Below the pieces are notes generated by a model. It ran no database searches and had not been told where the DNA came from. It was given only the letters and a program-made list of their open reading frames with translations. Positions 1-9,494 of a DNA stretch of 64,000 bases are shown here, piece after piece. The position numbers and the translations under genes were made by a program. The DNA lies in NCBI GenBank assembly GCA_048128005.1, contig JBEUKZ010000097.1, positions 1 to 64,000 of the forward strand, read 5' to 3'. The stretch is from Veleropilina oligotropha. Lineage: Eukaryota. Position 1 is the stretch's first letter. Every line of letters starts with the position of its first letter.

Positions 1-336
1 AACAATTTTATCAAAATTGGTATTTACATTCCCACGACTATTTGTATGTCGTGTATATAACTTTTCATTATGAATTTTCCTAAAATATGCTTTTTACAGG
101 CATTTTTATGCATAATAACTATGGTAACTAGGCCTATACAAAGTTATGACATCTATGACGTCATTATTAGTGTGATTCAATTATGACGTCATAATTAGTG
201 ACGTCATATCATTAAATTGTCATCTGACAGAAAATCTTGATTTGGTAAATACATCACATTTAATGTACACTAATATACAACAGATGCTCCAAGCATTCAA
301 AGGTCAAGACATAATCCGAACGCGTCGTTCTAGTTT
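1..336 (+). mobile_element. 3' part of a non-autonomous Helentron/HINE-like element
   Basis: Ends GGTCAAGACAT...CGAACGCGTCGTTCTAGTT. The same terminus and upstream body occur at 44236-44642 and, inverted, at 43083-43320. Confidence 0.6.
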
Positions 337-687
337 TACTATGTGGCACTGTTTATTCACGTTTGACCTCAACAACGACTGGTCATGTGGTGGCCCGCAC
401 ATATTTACATATGCATGTATAATATATCGGCACACAGTTCGGGTATACCCGGAATCTATACTCATAGATACGCCCAGTGCATACCCCTTATTTGCTATAT
501 GTGACTGACACATGCTAATCAGAGGGATAACTCCGACCACGATATATTGATACTATATGGTACTGTTTTATTAAATGACTGGTGTTCCTGTACACTCCAT
601 ACAGGCGCATGGGAGACGAATGTAATTATCGAGATACTTGTAATTGTAATTGCCCTACAGCTCGATTGTTACAAGACTTATACTCAC

Positions 688-762
688 CTGGACAATATTC
701 AGTGTTGAGGGCGTCAACCACACACGGCCCAGAATTGGTGCAAGTCACCAGATTGCATGTAG
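688..762 (-). CDS. 75-bp phase 1-1 exon encoding a Cys-rich EGF-like segment (xTCNLVTCTNSGPCVVDALNTEYCP)
   Basis: Minus strand reads ctctttttcag|CTACATGC...TGTCCAG|gtgagta: canonical acceptor with pyrimidine tract, canonical donor, length divisible by 3, open frame with C-x4-C-x5-C-x9-C. Confidence 0.65.
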
Positions 763-1206
763 CTGAAAAAGAGAAGTTATGAATCAAATTACTTATATAG
801 CCTTAAAATATCTTATTAAATTGAGAAGTATTGAATTTAGGAAGAGTTAAAAGATTAACAGAGCTTGTTATACTATAATAATATCAGTGCTTGTGGTATT
901 TTATGTCTAATAATTATTGTAATATCATAGGGTTTAAAGAGGTAATACAAATAATAAGAGTAATAATCGTTATAATATAATAACTTTTATATTATTACAA
1001 TATTAATAACGCTTAATATTTTTATGAACCCTGTGCATACAAGTGGCTGTTATACCGGTCGATTTCAAACTTAGTTACAATCACCCGAGAAAACAAAAAA
1101 ATATAATAAAATGAAATATTTGACTTATATACCTTGACGATTATCAATACGTTGCCGTCATGGAATGTTAAACAACAATATTGTATGTATTTAAAAGCAT
1201 GATGGG

Positions 1207-1715
1207 GTGACGAACAATGATTCCTTATGTAAGAGCTGTGGCGTCGGCATGAAATCGGCCGCTCTGTTGTGTAGACCATGCGGAGGTCATCGTGCCGCCC
1301 AGGCACTCATAAACATTGAAAATAGAGCCCGCCGACTCTACGGCAAAGTATTGTGCGAGCTGCAGTCGGGGGGCGTCTTTAGAAATTTCATGTTAGAGAA
1401 TGGTATGTTGGTGTCACTACGAATGATACGTGATGCCCCTCATCAGAGAACTACGTAATTTATCAAAAGACTACGGGTTTCCCGACAGGTCGAAGCTCAA
1501 GTAAAACGACCTCATCAAGGCAATAGCCGAGGTCAGTATTGCCGAGTTTCTGCGGAGGCTCAAGCGGGCGATGAAAACGGGAAGATTCCCCGCCATTCGT
1601 GGAGATGTGTAGAACCCCCACAAAAGAGGCCGTCGTGCTCGCGAATTGCAGCAGCTCATGGACGAGGTCCATGTGGCCCTCAAGGCCAGTAAATACACAA
1701 CCCAAGCTAAGAAAA
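1207..1715 (+). pseudogene. Disrupted ORF of the element with N-terminal CxxC...CxxC (putative Zn ribbon)
   Basis: CKSC-x10-CRPC at the start. Coding-like, GC-richer sequence continues through stops/frameshifts up to the insertion at 1719. Confidence 0.4.
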
Positions 1716-1718
1716 AGA

Positions 1719-2469
1719 CCGGTGTAGCGATTTGAAACTACCCACTCTAATTGCTACCCCCGGTAACTTGATATCGGTTTCAGGCTACCCCGGGGGTAAG
1801 CTTGAAATCAATTTCAAACTACCCCCTCTGATTTCAAATTACTCACACTTGTTTATGATCAACTGTGTATTTGATATGTTGTATTTATTTAATAATATAC
1901 ATGTATTTAAACACAACTAACCTAAAATACTAATCTTTTTACTTCATCTTATATTGCTGTTTTGTACAATATGTAAAACTTATGAAATCATTGTAAAATC
2001 AAAGGAATAAGATGCATTTGCCATGATAAGATACACGTGATGGGTACGTAGTTGTATTGGCTTTACAAACGTATATACACCGGACCGCCCCGTGAGCCTG
2101 GACTGGCCGAGGTTCACCTGTTGCTAGTCCCCATGGATTTAACAGTTAGTAATAGTGGGGGGGGGGGGGGATAACAAGGAAGTACCTAGTTAACAGTAAG
2201 CAGGGTTCGCTGATCGTTGAACTGTGGGGAAGCACCGAAAAAGTGCCAAAATACATTTTTAAGCTGGCCAACGGCTTGGCGCATCGGCCGGATTATCATG
2301 AGAAGAAATATAAGAAGTAATACACCATATCAAATACACCGTTGGTCATAAACAAGTGGGGGTAATTTGAAATCAGGGGGGGTAGTTTGAAATCGATTTC
2401 AAGTTAACCTGATTTCAGGCTACCGGGGGTAACTAAAAAAACGGGGGTAATTAAAAACCTTTACTCCGG
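1719..2469. mobile_element. MITE-like insertion with CCGG termini and long inverted arms
   Basis: Starts CCGGTGTA and ends TACTCCGG. 1797-1885 is the imperfect reverse complement of 2320-2408. AT-rich block interrupting the GC-richer element. Confidence 0.6.
2025..2150 (+). repeat. Dispersed ~125-bp repeat, inverted copy at ~61030-61155
   Basis: GATAAGATACACGTGA...CTAGTCCCCATGGATTTAACAGTT is a close reverse complement of 61030-61152. Confidence 0.8.
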
Positions 2470-2494
2470 GCTATGACAGAAGCCACTTCGTAAC

Positions 2495-4660
2495 TTGGAG
2501 GATCGAAAAAACAAGCCACACCTACACGGGCTGACTAGGTCTCTGAAAGAGACTCTCGCCCAGGTAATAGCTCGGGAGGGGCCCGACATTCTGAGAGATC
2601 ACTTAATCTCGGATGTATATTATTCCCTTCTAGTTGACGATGTTGCAGTCCTGTTCCCCGATGGAGCTTATATCAAACAAGGCGCCGACGTCATTCGTAA
2701 ATAAATTACCGACGCTATTGACGGTCGTAGATTCGAATTCCAGCCTGTTGTAAGAGGACCTGACATAACAGACGAAGGCGCGGTATATTGGGTATCGTGC
2801 GAAAAGGAGGATCTTCGGTTGACGCTGGGTATGGCCTCGGAGGTGTTGGAACTTCTAGACCCCGACACATGATACAAGCTGTTTACTGTAGTGGAGAATT
2901 CGGCCAAGGAGCCTATAGCCCAAGTGACAGAGGTAGTGGGTGTCTCCGAGCAGTACATCAAGGGGAAGGGGTGGTTCACGGGGACCAGGTCAGCGCCGCG
3001 GCTCTTCCCGGTATCGACCAGCATATGTGGGAGAAGGGGAGATAATATCTCGTCTATGCCAGGTATGAGCTGCGTCCGCTTCCGGAGCAGCAAGGAGAAC
3101 CGGGGCCAATGCTGGCCTCTGAAGAAGACGGAGAGTTTGTAAACTGCTTCGTTCGCTGTGTGGTGGACCACTTCCAGAACAAAATGATGAAAGCCGGAGA
3201 TGGGTCAACAAGAGGCCGAAGACAAATTCGTAAGCAGTTCGACCGAAAGCTTGCAGTAACGGGATGCGCACGCGAGGATATGTTCTCCATTGAAGCGGCT
3301 CTCAAAGTCAAGCTCGTTGCCGTCGACGCATTAGGCAACACGCTATGGGACAGCGGTAAATACACTAGTTGGTCCAAGATTCAGGTGCCAGGCCATAACA
3401 ACCACACCTGGGCAAACATCTCGACCGATCCGCCGAAGATCTTACAGGCTTACGGTCTCGACGACATCGCAGAAAGGGCCTTGTCTGTGGTTCGGCAAAA
3501 TACGGGACGAAACACCACTGCGGCCCAGAAACCATAGACCAAAATATAAGAGAGGTTCTGGTCTCATTTGCCGCCAGGGCCATCCCATCAACGGTCTGGG
3601 TCTGGGTATGTGGACAGGCTCTCGTGGGAAGCGATGGTTCCCTGTGGAGGTCGGGGGCCATGGCAGCAGCTATTGACCGCGCTTTCGAGGAAGAGACGAT
3701 GTGGCATCCATCCGAGATTTCCGAAGAGCTTGAAGAGGAATACTACAGAGCGACCCACTCCATGGGTGGCGCCATGTCATACCGGTTTCAAAAGTGGTTG
3801 GCCCACGAGGAGATAAAATCAACGCCAGGAAAACATCGGGGTGCCTGGAGCGCGGCTCAGGTTGAAGCCAAGGTTTGTAACTCTAACGACTCAGCCGCAG
3901 GCACAAGTGGCCACCATCATCTCGACATGTGCGCGGCCTACCTTGGTTGCGAGGACTCCCTTTGCGGCGGGGATGGGGATGCAATAGATCTAGTGCGCGA
4001 GTATGGGTTCCCGACGAGTATGATGCGTTGAGCAAACGTCGAAGATGTGCCCCTAAGCGACATCCTCGCCATGACCGGAGCGGTGTAGCTCACTGCGTGG
4101 GAGTTCAGACCAGGGATGCACCCCTACACCGTAGTTCTTGTAGGCGAGCACCTGCGGGAGAAGCAGGGCTGGATCACTACCACCGAGCTTGCAGACTTGA
4201 TTGGTTCTGGTGATCTGGTGGAGGTCACAGCGCGCGAGGTGGTATACAGCGTGGGTATAAAGGCCGCTATCAAGTTCCCAGCAAGGGACCTCGCTGTAAG
4301 CTTCGTGGGTAAATGTGCTCGCCATGGGGATGAGTCGAGCATACTAGTCCGCGATCCAAACGAGGCCGCCTACTTGGTGAATGTTCTCGGCGGCACTGAC
4401 CGTCTCTTTAACTTCGAGAAGGCTGACAATGTCCACCTCATCCAGTACAAGGACGGCAAGACCAGGACGCAGTGGTTCCATATACACGCCTTTGTCCTCG
4501 CGTATACGAACATCGCCCTCCGCCGCATGCTACGCAGATTTCCATAAGACGATGTCCTTCGTGTCTGCACCGACGCCTTATACGTCAAGAGCCTGCCCGA
4601 ATCGGTCTAACATATGCTGGTCGAAGACTGGCCAAAGTATGGACAATGGAGACAAACACA
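2495..4660 (+). pseudogene. N-terminal part of the replicase fusion: vOTU-like domain plus degenerate protein-primed PolB palm/fingers
   Basis: NCF (Cys 3145) ... HNNHTW (His 3403). Motif A-like HLDMCAAY (Asp 3924), YGFP, motif B-like RDLAVSFVGK (4284-4313, in register with KxxxNSxYGK), HIHAFVLAYTNIAL, motif C-like RVCTDALY (4560-4583), YGQWR. ORFs 3624, 4116 and 4614 are one frame broken by stops at 4029, 4545 and 4608. Confidence 0.75.
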
Positions 4661-4705
4661 CGGGCTACGAGTGGCGACCAGAGGCTGCTGCCTGGACGAT
4701 AGAGC

Positions 4706-5858
4706 ATGTTGGTCAGCTCAACTTGCCCGTGGGGCTTATACCTCGCAGGTCAAGGCGGGAGTGGTAAAACCGAGTGGGCTGTTCAGACGTTCTGCGGTCG
4801 GAAGCTAGTGGTGCTCACCCCGGAGAACGACCTCGCCGAAGAACACCGCAACAATCCGAGACTTGGGCTAGAGGCTGCACAAATCCAGACGATCCACCAT
4901 TATCTGTGTCTATCCGTCGGCAGCCGATCGATGCTTGGAACCCGGCTGCCCTGGACACTGACTTGATAACCTAGCCGAGATCATCATCATCGACGAGTGC
5001 TACAAGGTCCCCACGAAGATCCTGACGACCGTCCTTGATTATCTCGCCCGCCGGACATGTGAAGGCATATGCGCCGGGGATCTGGGGCAGATCCCGCCAT
5101 GGGGCGATAAAGAAAGCCCTCACCACATGTTAGCAAACTGGGCGCATGGCCCCAACATGCTGTGGTTTGACTCCGACTATAGGCGCCTGTGCGAAGCGTG
5201 TGGTGAGCCATGGTCCTGCTGTACCTGTCAAAATGGGCAAACGTCGGCTTTGCATGGCGTAAAGGCGCAGATGTGGTGCGCTAGCGACCAGCAACAGCTC
5301 GAGGTCTTCAGAGAGAAGTTGGCCGCAATGCCGTTCGTAGAGGCTGTAGATTTCACCAAGCCCGATGACATCTTGATCTGCTCCACGAACAATCTAGGTA
5401 CGCATGTCCAGACCCAGCTGCTCCAGCACCACAGAACGGCCCACCCTCAGCTTCCTGCTAAAATCCTATTCGACCCAGATGGTAGCATATCGCATCGGTG
5501 CCACAGGCAAGGTCGGCCTATTGAGGTACCGGGTAGTCGAGAAACCGTGCCGGCCTATCGAGGGACAATCGTCGAAGTCCCGCTAGAACTGGTCGAGAAC
5601 GGGCTACCGGTTGAATGGAAATATGCGGGATGGGGGACGGTGCATAGGGTGCAAGGGAAGACCATCCAGCCATCCAGGCGCCTATACATCGTCGATCATG
5701 GTCTGAGTGTCTGGGTGAGCAACGCCGTATACACAACGATGAGCCGGGCCCGACTGATGGACCAGATTGTAAGGGTTCTGCCTTCTGACGACGCTCAGGG
5801 TGATAAAACTCCCACCGGTAAGCAGGCCACACCTTCCCGAGAACTGATCGCCGCATAG
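4706..5858 (+). pseudogene. Superfamily 1 (RecD/Pif1-like) helicase domain of the same fusion
   Basis: Walker A GQGGSGKT (4748-4771), Ia VLTPENDLA, Walker B IIIIDE (4980-4997), motif III GDLGQIPP (5076-5099), motif V TVHRVQGKT (5637-5663), motif VI YTTMSRAR (5730-5753). Frameshifts near 4660-4700 and 4920-4970. Confidence 0.92.
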
Positions 5859-6146
5859 CTCAAGCGCTACGTGGTTGAGGATCGCCAAAAGAAATGGCCC
5901 CACTACACAGGGGCACACCATAAACTCACAGTCACCCACGTGCTCGACATGATCGATGCCACAGAAAACAAGTGCGTGGTCTGTCATACTGATCTCTTTC
6001 TTCAAGGCTACACGAAATGCCACGGGCAGGCATTCAGTATTGACCGCCTGGATGACAGCCAGGGGCACTACAAGTGGAATGTCCGGTTGACATGCCTGTC
6101 CTGTAATCGTCGACACAAGCGCGTGGACTTTCCAGATGATGGATAA
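5859..6146 (+). pseudogene. C-terminal HNH/His-Me finger (endonuclease VII-like) domain
   Basis: CVVC (5973-5984) ... SIDRLDDSQGHYKWNVRLTCLSCN. Same frame as the helicase ORF, separated only by the TAG at 5856-5858. Confidence 0.85.
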
Positions 6147-6149
6147 CAG

Positions 6150-6978
6150 TACTGGCGAGGCTCTAGGCAGGTATCAGCTGCGACCTTGTGAACCCATGCT
6201 TTGAGGAGGCCGTGTAGAGCGCGGTGGCGCCCGGTATCTTTCAGGTCTTCCTCATTTCTGGTGATATAATCCATCGTGCCAACCGGTAACAACGTTTCGT
6301 GTGGAGGTGCTTTTGGCGCCACCAGCGGAACCTGAGACATTGTTTCCGCCTCCACTGGACGAAGACCAGTTAGTCGTTTTGGCGTCGCATTCATATCTGC
6401 GACTACAACTGACAGAACAGACACCCACTGGCGATTGTCCTGGCCACTGTTCAGCTCTTCTTGCGCTTGCTTCCTGAAAAGTCGTTCAGCTAGCCGACGG
6501 TTGAATGACTCAACAAATGCCTGCGATCGGTGATGACCTGGCTCTGCGCGTCGTATATCGACCCCGTGCTTCCCAAGAAGATTGGATGCTTCCCCCTTGA
6601 ATTCGTGCCCGTCATCCACCATTAGCGTTTTTGGCCAGGTTAAGGAGCTGGTCTTGTGGCCTGGCAGCCTTGTAGCGAGAGGCTACGTCGACCAAAGTCA
6701 ACGTATACTTGTACGTTTTACGACCGACCTTGTCATGTGGGAGGTAGAGCAGATCGGCCTGGTGGATCACACCGGGCCTATCCTCTGTGAAACGGGCAAA
6801 TACTTTTCTAGGAGGTTTCGTCTGCAAGTACCGACGAACCTCCTGTGGAGAGATCCACTGCCGGATTCTTTACTTTGAAGCTGCGCCCTTTGGAACCCTT
6901 GAGAGGAGAGCTGAGACGCCTGCGGAGGGTTTCGTCGAGTTATTTAGCCGTCAAGGGCTTTTGTTTCTTCTCTGCCAT
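6150..6978 (-). pseudogene. Polinton-type retroviral-like (rve, DDE) integrase
   Basis: HQADLLYLPHD (D1), YKYTLTLVDVASRY, WPKTLMVDDGHEFKG (D2), HRSQAFVESFNRRL (E), W...MNATPKRLTGLRP. A small internal deletion/frameshift lies between the two supplied ORFs. Confidence 0.93.
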
Positions 6979-7150
6979 CGAAACTTGCGAGGTATTCCAG
7001 CAACTTAATCAGTCTCCAACAAGCTGCAGCGACCGGCTCCGGAAGCTGCCCAGTTGTCATCCGGAGATTTATAGGCCCCGACGCGAAACGCACCATAGTC
7101 TTTTCGTAGTGCCCCCAGAGGTCGAGTGACTTCTGTGCGATATCGGTCAT
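6944..7150 (-). CDS. Small hypothetical ORF of the element (MTDIAQKSLDLWGHY...)
   Basis: ATG-initiated 68-aa ORF packed directly upstream of, and overlapping, the integrase start. Confidence 0.35.
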   Translation of the reverse strand: MTDIAQKSLDLWGHYEKTMVRFASGPINLRMTTGQLPEPVAAACWRLIKLLEYLASFDGREETKALDG

Positions 7151-7314
7151 TGTAGCACCAAGGTCACAAGATGATTTGATTTTGTGCCTCCGGGCAGCAT
7201 AGCCCACAGCTAGCACACGACAATATAGCTCTAATGGGAGCCCAATTATTATATACACCTTTTGTGTAATATATATGTGTACATACAGAAAAATCTCTAA
7301 AATGAAAATTAAAC

Positions 7315-7743
7315 TTAGGCGAGCTTGTAAGCTAACAGCCCGGTCGCAGCCATCCCCACGATAATACAGGCCATCTCGCAGTCTTTCTGGGCATCAGACG
7401 GCATGTAGAAATAGGAAAGTTGTGGCTGTGGCAATGGCGACATTGCTGTCGTAAGTGCGCCACCGGTAATCTGAGCATACTCGCGTATTGCTGCGTCTAC
7501 ATCTTGAAAGGTGTGTACACCGTGACCCTGTCGGCGGAGCTCGGCATTAATTTAGTCGAGCCGCTCTGTTCGTTGCCTAGACCATGTGGTCTGAGCGGCC
7601 TGAAGTTCTTCCACGGCTTTGTCATAGCGTTTACGCTCCTCATCAACACCTGAGCCGCGTATCTTTGAGAACAGGAAGTTTGACCCACTGAAGGCAAGGG
7701 CGTTGACAAGAGCACCACCAACCAGCATCGCTATTGAAGCCAT
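7315..7743 (-). pseudogene. Small Polinton/adintovirus-type protein (hydrophobic N-terminus, coiled coil, C-terminal TM)
   Basis: MASIAMLVGGALVNALAFSGSNFLFSK...DEERKRYDKAVEELQAAQ. After a frameshift near 7552 it continues ...DVDAAIREY...PQPQLSYFYMPSDAQKDCEMACIIVGMAATGLLAYKLA*. Confidence 0.6.
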
Positions 7744-7786
7744 TATAATGCAATTAATGACTTGCTTGATCAAGCAATGCACTACT

Positions 7787-7999
7787 TCAATACGTCGGCC
7801 GGGTTATGCCTTGCTTGATCAGCATATCTTTTGTCGCCACGGCCAATGCCACGTCGAGAACCACCATCCCAACATCATAACCAGTAAATTCCAGTTTGGG
7901 GCTTAGTCCCTTGAAGACCATCTTTGTCAGGCCGAACACTATAGCCGAATGATAGAGGGCATTTCCGAACATCTTTCCATCAGTAATTGGAGTAGTCAT
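7787..7999 (-). CDS. Small hydrophobic ORF of the element (70 aa)
   Basis: GKMFGNALYHSAIV...PKLEFTGYDVGMVVLDVALAVATKDMLIKQGI. Packed head-to-tail in the cassette (overlap at 7996-7999). Confidence 0.6.
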   Translation of the reverse strand: MTTPITDGKMFGNALYHSAIVFGLTKMVFKGLSPKLEFTGYDVGMVVLDVALAVATKDMLIKQGITRPTY

Positions 8000-8420
8000 T
8001 GCATATGATGAGGGTCATGCATATTCTTCAATTGGCACGTGTGTTCTTTGTACAACGTGACTGGCGGCTGTTGTAGTGCCGGAGGCACTGTAGTCATATC
8101 TTCAGAAACTCTGAAATGTTTCATTGTCGTACAGACAATATATAACAACACAACCCCGCCTGCAGCGAAGAGCCCTAACCCTTGTGTGGCTGTGCCCGTG
8201 CCAGACATAATGTCTTCTTTTATCTTTCTAACCTCTGCTAGTAGCCTCTCATGTTTGGCTTTCCGAGCAGCAGCCCCGCCCCGCCCTGCAGCTACTTTAT
8301 TTAGGATCCTTTTTATTCGCTGATGAATCTATCGAGGCTGTAACCGTCTCTATCGGTATTTGATCGTATACCTGTTGGCTCGCTGTCATTTGTTCCACTT
8401 GCTGTGTTGTCATCTTGATA
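7996..8420 (-). pseudogene. Small ORF with KDPK-x-VAAG-type basic segment and TM helix
   Basis: KKDP...VAAGRGGAAARKAKHERLLAEVRKIKEDIMSGTGTATQGLGLFAAGGVVLLYIV, disrupted near 8300-8320. Confidence 0.45.
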
Positions 8421-8938
8421 TCTTTCTTTCTTGGGGCATGCATGTCCAAAACGACAGTGTTTAGCTGTGGTCAACACTGCGGTCAGCGGTGCTAGATACA
8501 TGCCGTATTTGTGACACAGGTTGCAGAGCACAGCGCATGTGAGATGAATGGGTCCTCTAGATCGGCGATCAATCGTTGATTATTTTCGGGTGGAATGGGC
8601 AAGAACATCCCAGCTGCTCTAGAAAAAAAATGTATAGCTGCGGTCCCGAGGGTTTTCGTCCTTTCCGCTCCAAGCTTTGCTTCGTACCGAGCATGGTGCA
8701 TACCAATTTCTTCGTCGGTCATAGCGTCGATCCGGTCAACCGTGAGGTTGCACCCCAAGTACTTAACTTGTCCTCCAACGGCTAATGCCACAAGGCACTC
8801 CCGGTTTTTCTTAATATTGTTACTGAACGGTTCCCGTAACTCATTAGTCATCACTCTGCTATGCGTTTCGCGGGATATCCCAGGGGGTGTGACTGTATCA
8901 TGTGCTTCATCCAGGAGTTGATCGATAAGGCTGTCCAT
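8400..8938 (-). pseudogene. Conserved-looking helical ORF of the element (~170 aa)
   Basis: MDSLIDQLL...RECLVALAVGGQVKYLG...YEAKLGAERTKTLG...DLEDPFISHAL, frameshift near 8520, then CHKYGMYLAPLTAVLTTAKHC. Confidence 0.6.
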
Positions 8939-9388
8939 CTTTAATCGTCACCAACATCTGCTATGGTCTCGGTATAGTCTAATATAACCATTAAGCCAGT
9001 ATCCCACCAGCGCAAGCGCGCAACATAATGTTACACAAAGGGTGTATACAAATATATATATGACTATGTCATATGCTAAGCTCTGTTGGGGCATGTTAGG
9101 TAGATGATAAGCATAACAGGTGATAATTTGCTGCCACGACTAGAGGTTTACTGTAACTGGCACTAACCATATCGTAGTGGTACAGGTATGATCTTGGCGA
9201 CGTGATGGCGCCACAGCACAAATAGTATTACCAAAGTCATGTAGATATTATTTGAAACGGTTGAACCTTATCCCATTTAGCAATGGTCTGGCTAAATTAT
9301 AATTTTCCATATTCTTAGCCATCTGGATTAATCACACGGTTTCCATGTGGATAGCCATGTCTGGAAGTTTGCGATGCTTAATGCTTAC

Positions 9389-9488
9389 CCATGTCACACT
9401 TGCTCCCTTCCCAACCATCATCGCAACTGTGCGTGCAATCCCCCGTTGTCGCGTTACATGGCAGCCCAAGTTTGCAGTGGCAAAGCGT
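9389..9488 (-). CDS. Exon (5'-truncated) encoding an EGF/laminin-EGF-like repeat TLCHCKLGLPCNATTGDCTHSCDDGWEGSKCDM
   Basis: CHC-x5-C-x3-TGxC-x3-C-xxGW-xG-xx-C pattern typical of MEGF/SCARF-like repeats. Ends with phase-1 donor G|gtaagc. The acceptor side abuts a repeat at ~9495. Confidence 0.8.
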
Positions 9489-9494
9489 AAAACA

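Larger units (their letters stand above)
1200..9070. mobile_element. Decayed Polinton-like/endogenous virus-derived element (pPolB-SF1 helicase fusion type with rve integrase)
   Basis: GC-richer, intronless, gene-dense block in AT-rich host DNA. It contains the PolB-like/helicase/HNH pseudogene, a DDE integrase and a tightly packed small-ORF cassette. Boundaries are approximate; no TIRs found. Confidence 0.85.

Noticed and set aside
4706..5858. Helitron RepHel or host Pif1 gene
   Set aside because: No HUH/Y2 Rep motifs upstream, no introns, PolB-like motifs present instead, and an adjacent Polinton-type integrase.
6150..6978. LTR retrotransposon pol
   Set aside because: No RT, RNase H, gag, HHCC finger or LTRs. 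The stand-alone integrase is Polinton-like.
1000..9400. Polinton terminal inverted repeats and TSD
   Set aside because: No matching AG..CT-type TIR pair or TSD found by eye, so the element boundaries remain approximate.
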